Below, one piece after another: positions 22,001 through 27,250 of a stretch of 64,000 bases of DNA. Origin of the DNA: an uncultured Thermoanaerobaculia bacterium (GTDB lineage Bacteria > Acidobacteriota > Thermoanaerobaculia > Thermoanaerobaculales > Sulfomarinibacteraceae); the NCBI GenBank assembly GCA_964641415.1, contig CAZXMW010000001.1:66545-130544 (forward strand). The letters are read 5' to 3'. Within the stretch, counting starts at the first letter, position 1, and each line of letters starts with the position of its first letter. The notes under the pieces were generated by a model. It made no database searches. It was not told the origin of the DNA and was given only the letters and a program-made list of their open reading frames with translations. Both the position numbers and the translations under genes were made by a program.

Positions 22001-23547
22001 TTTGGACGGTGGGCGACCTGGCGTCCGGGGCGTCGGCTTCGGTGGAGCTGGTGTACACCGTCGGTGCGTCGGCGGCGGCCGGCGGCGCGATCGAGCTGGC
22101 GGCGGCGGCGACGGCCTCGGTGTCGCTCGTCAACCCCACCAACGACGCAGTCGCGGTGTCGACCCTGGTCGACGCGCTGACCGACCTCGAGCTCGACAAG
22201 TCCGACGGCGAGGACCCGCTCGTCAGCGGTCCCGACCTCGCCTACACCCTCGAGGTCCTCAACCACGGTCCCTCAGACTCCACCGGCGCAACGGTCGTCG
22301 ACATGCTGCCCGCCGAGGCCTCCTTCGTGTCGGCCTCGCCGGGCTGCGTCCACGACTCGGGCACGGTGACCTGCGCGCTGAGCGGGGTCGCGGCCGGCGC
22401 CTCGGCCCTGCTCGTCATCGAGGTCACGGTCGACCCGACCGCGCCCTTCATCGACAACACCGCCTCCGTGGCCGCCGACGAGCCGGACCCCGTCCCGGGC
22501 AACGACGCCGACACCGAACGGACGACCCTCGACGTGGTCCCGCCGCAAGTCGACCATCTCCTGTCCACAGCCTCCGACGACGACGGCGTCCTCGACGAGT
22601 GCGACACCATCACCGGTGAAATCGTCACCCTCGGCGTCGTCTTCGACGAGATCATGCACGACCCGCCGGGCGACACCGAGCCCCTCGACGTCACCAGCCC
22701 CGACGCCTACCTCCTGGTCGGCGCCGGCCCCGACGCCGACATCGACACCGTCGACTGCTCCGGCGTCCTCGGCGACGACATCGCCGTCCCCGTCGATGCG
22801 GTCGGCTACTCGGCCGCCTCGAGCACCGCGACCCTGTCCTTCCCCTACCCCGTGACCCTCAGCCACGACCTGCACCGCTTCGTCCTGTGCGCGGACCGCC
22901 TCGCCGACCGCGCCGGCAACCTCCTCGACGGCGACGGCAACGGCTCTCCCGGCGACCACCACGTCACCACCTTCAGGGTCGACGCCCACAACCTCTTCGA
23001 CAACGGGCACCTCGACTGCTCTCTCGACGCGTGGACCGCCGTCTCGACCTTGCCCGAGGAGATCGAGTACGACCCCGCCGACGTCGACGACTCCTCCCTC
23101 TCCGGCTCCGCCCACATCACCTACCTCGCACCTCAGCCCTACATCGGCGTCAGCCAGTGCAGGCCTCTCGACGGCGCCCACGACCTCACCCTCGCCGCCG
23201 AGATCGCCCTCCATCCCACCAGCAACTACACCGCCACCATCCACCTCCAGTGCCTCTCCTTCGACACCACCGACTGCTCCGGCGCCCCCGTCGACGGCGA
23301 CGCCGCTGAAATCCTCATCCCCAACCCCTCCGGCGCCTGGCTCCATGTCGAGGCCCCGCTCCTCTCCGCCGAGGCCACCGCCTCCATCGCCTGCGACGTC
23401 CTCATCGTCGACCCCGAAGGCGGCTTCAACGAGGCCTATCTCGACAACCTCCACCTCTTCGACCACGGACCTGCCCACCTCAACGCCATCTTCACCGACG
23501 GCTTCGAGTCAGGAACGACATCCGCATGGAGTTCCTCCACCCCCTGA
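13081..23547 (+). CDS. Giant secreted multidomain adhesin-like protein 2 (about 3488 aa; ORF opens at GTG 12970)
   Basis: ATG 13081 has GGAGG at 13070-13074 and starts a signal peptide MFATSSRRVVSLVMLLILTLAIPGWVLAEP. The unique N-terminal third has an unassigned domain of about 430 aa, 2 Ig-like units, a cadherin domain (PENSLGGTLVGTLDTIDPN..), Calx-beta units and a CTLREAI beta-helix. From nt 16570 onward the translation is identical to adhesin 1. Confidence 0.9.
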   Translation: MFATSSRRVVSLVMLLILTLAIPGWVLAEPEDAAVLVETRKAGARMLLDPDDILVAIPEATAIAELGLAPGAAVELPEGSPFRVDGSLLVAARQLVFDASGVHTVTIVSADGDREQVEIMLPLVAGPETKTMVGNEVFLQGSYVEVGMAEGGFFGTSGAAPTGFHEIGRSTLGFVADYGRDGWTTGSPAQTGDYFLPGSPFEGWSVKWDEGGTVYGNFGGTTQNFPMQAVTETSAGSTQAAAWVGELTTGSGSLRALQNVAFESDDLFFVMSVTLENIGSTTLTNVRYLRSVDPDQEVDLGGDYSTLNSVHYQPGTTGNPDKALVVANGQIWGLTLGLGTFDSRAVVTTESPWPQDPDAVIGSPEAPSPSSPTNADAAIALAFSLGDLAPGQTVSFSYAYILNADDLDVALGNLEAVTILQPGGTISGTNVPFHATTSDPANTTQVEFFINGTSIGFDTTPDAGGVFGLTFNSTDYPNGTLYKFLKAEATFADGSKASKSATVTIANDGPPVVFVTPISGASVDGDDLPVEVEGTDPLHLPASVSFFRETSGTGSIFLGEITSAPFATTYDTSDLPTDETVVLKAIATDSVGNETVIYTSVTTAINYPPTDITLSPTSVPENSLGGTLVGTLDTIDPNTWDTFTYELLDDAGGRFQISGGQLQVAPGADLNYEVASSHSIEVRSTDSGGHQVGRVFTITVINVAEPLISVADLTVSEGDGTAEVVLTLADPSASPTSVTCATSDGTAVAVEDYTATSAIVTWPGGSGGAQVCSVPIVDDGRYAPSESFSVTLSSPVNGEITDGSAVVTITDDDDPPTIDADADRTVDETDGSIELTVTMTNQCEQTVTVDAATADGSALAGSDYTSVSTVLTWSAGEDGPRTVTVTITDDDIDEDDEAFSLELANPVNAAIGDGQTGVTITDDELVVNTTSDHNDGACTVADCTLREAILASNARAQDDTIRFAIPAGMASGGIYTIRVGGPSGSLGTLPVMTDQVVIDGPSQPGYAGDPIIELDGTLAGFGSNGLTVLAGSSVVDSLVVNRFEGHGVYLAGAGGDQVLGCRIGIDSGGLSPLSNGGNGIYIRDVPNTVIGGAAAGQGNLIGANGLSGIAVESAGAVDGTIEGNVIGVGSDGATRLGNGRHGIHILGASNTTIGGADAGAGNTIANNNVNGILVSTGLGNRIEGNEIHGNTLLGIDLANDGVTANDPMDGDDGANHLQNYPVLTRVTEGSAATGIVGDLASAASTEYAVEFFASSACDPSGYGEAETVVWSTTVTTDAGGGVHFELAAPVTVTAGWYLTATATDPDGNTSELSACREVEAAPSVSIGDVSVTESDGGTSVTAAFAVSLSAPSGLPAEVSWSTADGSAVAGLDYQAAAGTVGFAPGQTSAVVEVTVLGDDLDEFDEVFTVVLGSALDCTIADGVGEGVIVDQDEPPSFAIDDQTVAEGAAGTSVDAVFTVTLSAPSGKPITVDWATADGTATAGADYQAGSGQLSFAPGEMTKTVDVMVTGDDVDEFDETFTVELTGESNATPADALGLGTITDDDDEPSVSIGDRTVTEGASGSTVDATFTVSLSAVSGKAITVDWATADGAATAPADYAAASGQLDFAPGETEHTVAVTVAGDDEDEGDHAASVELSGLVNVGAGDLSGDLLITDDDADVNITKTDGVAEATPGTGHSYTVTVANPGNHQVDDAVVTDNLPAALTGTSWSCVASGGAACDQASGTGNLSTTVDLAPGSSVTFTIDGTIDPSARGALSNTATVALVAGLLEDPNLADNTATDNTSLAPAIDLSIVKSDDADPVIAGAALVYTLEVGNAGPSDATGVEVTDTLPAGVSFVSASPGCVESAGVVACAVGDLAATASTNMVVAVDVDPETRGTISNTAVVSGVETDSDPGNDSDSEDTVVEASADLDLAKEAPVSVSRGDSFDVSLTVTNLGQSDAFGVVVDDPTPQGLTFDGATAPCDGGFPCDLGALEAGASAAITVSLTIPVDYDGPDPITNTASVSAETPDPVSGNNLAATTTAVDRTPEADLVVAKSGPPTVAPGSAITWSVTVTNDGPDQASDAELVDTIPAGLVFASASTGCGEAAGVVTCLLGDLAAHESATVAITATVPVDYAGSDPIVNTATVGSAVADPDDTNDSDSASTALGADTMDLSIIKTAPETAELSDVITYTLTVTNHGPATAVGVVASDVLPAEVAFVSASAGCAEGGGQVDCDFGDLAAGASASATIDVEVIAASGLIVNTATVAAIGPIDADASNNVSSASTAVGELPADVAVTVDLPDEAVPGRELPATVVVTNHGPAAASGVSLDVPAPAGLAELGVSAPCSSGFPCSLGDLAAGSSRIVTVSYAVSSDYAGPDPIVVSATATTLTTDADPANDTGTATTPVLRLVDLAVDLVDLPDPVVAGSGVGNLGYTLTLVNAGPTDASNATVDLGTVLPAGVSVVSVTPVSGSWAGSTWTVASLPAGGSESLIMLLTVDATAAHGAIISATATVTGAAEVLINFGDDTATEMTTVTRAVDLIVDVAESADPVVAGSGAGNVVHTVTVTNAGPSMATGVVLSEILTLPAGASLDSATPSQGGYAVPAWTVGELPVGASATLTMVVTASADAADGSTVDSSAAVTAANEALVNTGDDADFESTTINREVDLAVAVTESVDPVVAGSGAGNLTHVVTVTNHGPSFATSLGLDVTAALPSGVILDSAVASQGGFVAPAWTVGELPVGASATLTLTFSVGEEAVDGAEITTGAAVSGAAETIVNPGDDAAVEATTVSREHDVSVTITESVDPVAAGAPSPSLTYVVIARNFGPSGVSGLTLDVATTLPAGVVIEDIIPSAGVFADPTWTVGELGNGASETLTIQLGVSSAAADGSQISCGAGVTAASGTLLNPGDDSALEVTTVIAEADLELAAAQSVDPVVAGSGAGNLVHTVTVTNHGPSDALATAVDIAVVLPAGATLDSVVPSAGGWADPVWTVGDLASGASASVELVYTVGASAAAGGAIELAAAATASVSLVNPTNDAVAVSTLVDALTDLELDKSDGEDPLVSGPDLAYTLEVLNHGPSDSTGATVVDMLPAEASFVSASPGCVHDSGTVTCALSGVAAGASALLVIEVTVDPTAPFIDNTASVAADEPDPVPGNDADTERTTLDVVPPQVDHLLSTASDDDGVLDECDTITGEIVTLGVVFDEIMHDPPGDTEPLDVTSPDAYLLVGAGPDADIDTVDCSGVLGDDIAVPVDAVGYSAASSTATLSFPYPVTLSHDLHRFVLCADRLADRAGNLLDGDGNGSPGDHHVTTFRVDAHNLFDNGHLDCSLDAWTAVSTLPEEIEYDPADVDDSSLSGSAHITYLAPQPYIGVSQCRPLDGAHDLTLAAEIALHPTSNYTATIHLQCLSFDTTDCSGAPVDGDAAEILIPNPSGAWLHVEAPLLSAEATASIACDVLIVDPEGGFNEAYLDNLHLFDHGPAHLNAIFTDGFESGTTSAWSSSTP

Positions 23548-23699
23548 CCCCTCGACCCTCCCAACCCTCCTCCCGCGCCCGGGGCAGCCCCCCGGGCGCC
23601 CCTTTTTCCTGACCCGGCCGGCAACAAAAAGCTCCCGGCTGTCAGGCCAACGCCGTCCACGAATGACGGCCGCGGAACGCGAGGCCTCGGTGACCGGTC
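16570..23699. repeat. Copy 2 of the 7,130-bp direct repeat
   Basis: See copy 1; offset is +10,779 bp and the spacer between copies is 3,649 bp. Confidence 0.9.
23575..23608 (+). terminator. Rho-independent terminator candidate after adhesin 2 (part of the repeat)
   Basis: Same GCGCCCGGGG-cagcc-CCCCGGGCGC hairpin plus T5 run as at 12796-12829. Confidence 0.7.
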
Positions 23700-23856
23700 A
23701 CCAAGGTCCTGCGGTCATCGGCCACGGCGGGCGGGTGTGCCGGAGGCTGACAGCTGACAGCCGACAGCCGACAGCTGAGGGCTTGAAACCTCAGACCGCC
23801 GGCTCGGCCACCAGCTTCGTAGGCGCCATCCCAGCGTCACCAGGGTCCGTCCGGAG

Positions 23857-24363
23857 TCACTGAACCCGTGGCCTGCGACCCTGCCAGAAAGCGATGGCGT
23901 CGGGGCTCCCGAGCTCGACACCCTTCAGCACCGCCACGGCGTCCGCGATCAGCTCTGCGGGATTTGCGCCAGCCGCCTCCTCTCCGGTGACGACCCGGAC
24001 GCCGACCCGAACGCTGCTTTGTCGACCGGCGACGGCGCGAACCCCGTCGATCATCGACCTGCCATCGGCTTCCGAGAGGTCCGACAAGACGATCGCCAAC
24101 CGGTGCGATCCGATCCTGGCGACCAGGTCTTCACGCCTCACGACCGAGCACACCGCGCCCGCGATCATGGTCGGATCCGAATCCTCTTCAGGCTCGATCA
24201 CGACGACGTGGAGCGTGCCTTCGGTTCTCTCGGCTCGTCCGAGTTCGCGGTCGAGCTCACGCAGGAGCAGGCGAAGGTTGGCGAGCCCAGTCATCTCGTC
24301 GATGGCCGTGCAGCTCGCCAAGCGCGATGCCAGACGGACGACGTCATCGCTTCGCGTCACCAT
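23857..24363 (-). CDS. Stand-alone degenerate GGDEF-fold protein (168 aa from ATG 24363; ORF opens at 24459)
   Basis: DEMTGLANLRLLLRELDRELGRAER resembles the D.LTGL.NRR start of GGDEF domains. The signature position reads RIGSHRLAIVL instead of R.GGDEF..L. Confidence 0.6.
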   Translation of the reverse strand: MVTRSDDVVRLASRLASCTAIDEMTGLANLRLLLRELDRELGRAERTEGTLHVVVIEPEEDSDPTMIAGAVCSVVRREDLVARIGSHRLAIVLSDLSEADGRSMIDGVRAVAGRQSSVRVGVRVVTGEEAAGANPAELIADAVAVLKGVELGSPDAIAFWQGRRPRVQ

Positions 24364-24786
24364 TCGGCCCCGACAGGAATTGCAGCGATTGCGACGAGAA
24401 GGAACGGCCGCGCCAAGAAATCTCGGGTGACCTGCGTCCTCGGCCACTCGCGTCGGCACGCATCCGGACGCCGGCAGCGCCCGCGTCTCGACGGCAGGAT
24501 GCAGCTCCGGATGCGCTTCAACAGATTACGACCGCTGCGGTTACCGCATGATCGAACATATTGGGGGCTTCTCAAGGTTCCTCTCCGTCATCGCCGTAGC
24601 GCCCGGCGTCGCCGCGCGCTGCTGCAAGACCTCGAAGAGAGGTACCGCGGCTCCCGGAATTTCGTACGCCCCAGTGAACCGGCGACGATGACCGCCATCC
24701 TCGAGCCAGCCGTCGGTGGACTGGCGCCGGTACCGGCGGGCGGCTGCGCTCTTCGCCTGCGAGGGGGCGGTCGGCTCTTCTGAAAG

Positions 24787-24803
24787 TGTCCGGATTCCGG
24801 TCA
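24787..24803 (+). promoter_or_regulatory. Putative enhancer (UAS) palindrome TGTCCGGATTCCGGTCA
   Basis: 16/17 identical to the site at 38206-38222. Its centre lies about 83 nt upstream of the predicted sigma-54 start site. Confidence 0.5.
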
Positions 24804-24851
24804 CCTGGGCACTCACGGCCCGTCATTCCATCCTCCTAATAACAAAGAACC

Positions 24852-24867
24852 TGGCACGTCTCTTGCC
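24852..24867 (+). promoter_or_regulatory. Sigma-54 (-24/-12) promoter TGGCACgtctcTTGCc
   Basis: Exact TGGCAC-N5-TTGC with GG at 24853-54 and GC at 24865-66 (canonical spacing). It lies 30 nt upstream of the ECF sigma ATG. Confidence 0.7.
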
Positions 24868-24896
24868 ATTGACCCGATGTGGAGAGGGAGGAAAGT

Positions 24897-25583
24897 ATGA
24901 TCGCCGATCCTGATGCGGCCTCCGTGAGTCACCGTTCGACGAACCCGACCTCGGCAACAGCCATGGGTGTCGAGGCTGACGACGATCAGCGCCGAGAGGC
25001 TGCCCTCACCGACGAGCAGGCACAGCGCCTTCTGTCGAGGTTCGCGACCGGAGACGAACGAGCGTTCGACCGTCTGGTTGCCGCCTTTTCGCCGCTCCTG
25101 TACAGCGTGTTCCTGCGCTCGTACCGTTTGTCGCTCGACGACGCCGACGACCTCTGCCAGGAGGTTCTTCTCCAGCTCACGATCAATGCCACCACGATCC
25201 GCAACGTCCGGCCGTGGCTTCTGGGGACAGCCATCAACCAGGCGCGGAAGCGAGTTCGGAAGCTCATCCGCGATCGAAGTTTGGCTACGATGTACAAGCA
25301 CGACTGTGAATCGACGGTTTCTCCCGATCTCGACGAAGAGCGAGACCTCGTCTGGCGCGCACTCGGTGGGCAGCGCCACGGCGACCGGCAGATCCTCACC
25401 ATGATCTACGTCGAGGAGCTCAGCTATCAGGAGACCGCGAATCGCCTGGGATGCCCCATCGGCTCGGTTGGACCCACTCGGTGCCGCGCCCTCGCGCGCC
25501 TGGAAAAATCCCTGTGCGAGCTCGACCCGTCGTTATCTTCCTCCGCCAGCCGGAACGTCGACAGCTCGTCCCGAGCGGCGTGA
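24897..25583 (+). CDS. ECF-type sigma-70 family RNA polymerase sigma factor (228 aa)
   Basis: ATG 24897 has GGGAGG at 24886-24891. Region 2 reads ERAFDRLVAAFSPLLYSVFLRSY.LSLDDADDLCQEVLLQL. Region 4 HTH reads ILTMIYVEELSYQETANRLGCPIGSVGPTRCRALARL. Confidence 0.85.
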   Translation: MIADPDAASVSHRSTNPTSATAMGVEADDDQRREAALTDEQAQRLLSRFATGDERAFDRLVAAFSPLLYSVFLRSYRLSLDDADDLCQEVLLQLTINATTIRNVRPWLLGTAINQARKRVRKLIRDRSLATMYKHDCESTVSPDLDEERDLVWRALGGQRHGDRQILTMIYVEELSYQETANRLGCPIGSVGPTRCRALARLEKSLCELDPSLSSSASRNVDSSSRAA

Positions 25584-25634
25584 CCATCCGGGTCCGCTGC
25601 AGTTCCCGGTTGCCTCTGACCCTGCGCGCTGACG

Positions 25635-25880
25635 TCAAGCCCCTGTTCCCCTCCAGAACGCGACGAGGTCGAGCTCGACCCTGTGGCCGGAAACCACGTC
25701 GTCGCCGTCGACGGCCGCGAGCTCCCGGGCTTCGACAACCCATGCCGTTTGCTGCAGCATCTCGGCTCGCCGTTCGCCCAGGCCGTCGCCGGCGCCGCGA
25801 GCTTTGAGGTCGCAGCAGTGGGAGTGGCAGTGACGCTGGCGCCACCCACGTGGCGGGCGTAGAATGAACAGCGTCATCAT
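25635..25880 (-). CDS. Hypothetical small Cys/His-rich protein (81 aa), weak call
   Basis: ATGATG start with GGAG 5 nt upstream, G/C-rich third codon positions, and no competing plus-strand gene. Contains RHCHSHCCD. No family recognised. Confidence 0.3.
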   Translation of the reverse strand: MMTLFILRPPRGWRQRHCHSHCCDLKARGAGDGLGERRAEMLQQTAWVVEARELAAVDGDDVVSGHRVELDLVAFWRGTGA

Positions 25881-25921
25881 CTGACTCCGGTCGCACCCGG
25901 AGCTGTCACGAGGAGGTCATC

Positions 25922-27061
25922 ATGCGAAGCACGAGAGCGATCGTCACCGTCGCGGTGCTCGGGATCCTGGTCCCGGCGCTTGCCCAGGGCGCCATCGTCC
26001 AGTACAACGACCGCGCCAGCTGGCTGGCCGCTATCGGCGGCGCCCCGGATGCCCAGGAGGACTTCCAGGGCTTCGCCGTCGACACCCCCTTCCGGGCTGC
26101 GGCGCTGGCCATGGGAATCGGCGCCATCGGCCAGGCCGGCCTCGACCAGGCGTTCCGCAACGAGGTCGACGCCCCGCCCCTCCAGTTCACCGACAACAAC
26201 GGAACTACCCATGCGTCGTGCTTCGTCAACTACCCGGACAGCGGCGCCGGGTCCGAGACCAACGTCGAGATCGTCTTCAGCCAGCCGGTCAGCGCCTGGG
26301 GCGGCGACTTCAACGGCGTGCTCGGCGGCGAGCTGCTGGCCATCGACGTCGACGGCCTCGATCGGGCCGTCATCGCCACCCTGCTGCCGGCGGCTGACAC
26401 CACGTTCCTCGGCTTCGTCGCCGACGCCGGCGAGCAGATCGACCTCGTCATCTTCCGCGCCCAGAACCAGAACCCGGGCGGCGGCGGCGAGGGCTTCGGC
26501 GCCGACAACCTCGCGGTGGTCTGGGCAACCGCCCCGGCCGGTGCAGCGGTATCCGGCGCCAAGACCGTCGACGGCAACTTCTGGCCCGGCGGCTCGATCA
26601 GCTACCAGGTCGTGCTGGCGAACGCCGGTCCCGGCGACCAGGGCGACAATCCCGGCGACGAGCTCGTTGACGCCCTGCCGCCCGAGATCGCCCTCACCGG
26701 CGCCAGCGCCTCGTCCGGTACCGCCGCCGCCGACCTCGGGACCAACACCGTGACCTGGAACGGGTCGATTCCCGCCGCCGGCTCGGTCACCGTCCAGATC
26801 ACCGCCGTGGTGGGTTCGCCGCCGGTCGGCACAGTGGTCTCCAACCAGGGCGCCATCAGCTTCGACGGCGACGGCAACGGCAGCAACGAGACCCAGGTCC
26901 CGACCGACGACCCAAGCCTGCCCGGCGCCGACGATCCGACCTCGTTCACGGTGGTGGAGCAGCAAGCGATCCCGACCCTGGGCACCCTCGGCCTGCTGAT
27001 GTTGGTGGGAGTTCTCGCCGGAACCGGGTTCGTGCTGCTGCGCTGGCGGCTGGCGGGCTGA
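25922..27061 (+). CDS. Secreted DUF11-like protein with IPTL-CTERM sorting signal (379 aa)
   Basis: AGGAGG lies upstream of ATG 25922. Signal peptide is ..VLGILVPALAQG. A DUF11-like unit is present (GSISYQVVLANAGPGDQGDNPGDELVDALPP...). The C-terminus AIPTLGTLGLLMLVGVLAGTGFVLLRWRLAG is IPTL, a hydrophobic helix and a basic tail. Confidence 0.85.
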   Translation: MRSTRAIVTVAVLGILVPALAQGAIVQYNDRASWLAAIGGAPDAQEDFQGFAVDTPFRAAALAMGIGAIGQAGLDQAFRNEVDAPPLQFTDNNGTTHASCFVNYPDSGAGSETNVEIVFSQPVSAWGGDFNGVLGGELLAIDVDGLDRAVIATLLPAADTTFLGFVADAGEQIDLVIFRAQNQNPGGGGEGFGADNLAVVWATAPAGAAVSGAKTVDGNFWPGGSISYQVVLANAGPGDQGDNPGDELVDALPPEIALTGASASSGTAAADLGTNTVTWNGSIPAAGSVTVQITAVVGSPPVGTVVSNQGAISFDGDGNGSNETQVPTDDPSLPGADDPTSFTVVEQQAIPTLGTLGLLMLVGVLAGTGFVLLRWRLAG

Positions 27062-27250
27062 ACGGGCCGAGCCGACCGATCGGTCCTGGTCTTCGTCTCC
27101 AACGCCGAGCACGGCCCGGCGGTCAACAACTCGGACGAGAGCTTCGAGGTTGCCCTCTAGTACTCGGGGGCGCCGTGCGTCGCCCGTGGCCACGCCGTCG
27201 ATCCCCAGGAAGCCACGATCGGTCTCCAGGACGCCATAGCGGCGCCTACC

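Noticed and set aside
24364-24786. Several 65-90-aa ORFs on both strands in the 530-bp gap upstream of the ECF sigma gene
   Set aside because: They have no RBS, mutually overlapping frames and low-complexity translations. The region is better explained as a divergent regulatory region containing the UAS and sigma-54 promoter.
27073-27084. Palindrome GACCGATCGGTC between the convergent IPTL-CTERM and kinase genes, considered as a bidirectional terminator
   Set aside because: It has no loop and no flanking T or A run, so it is too short to call a terminator.
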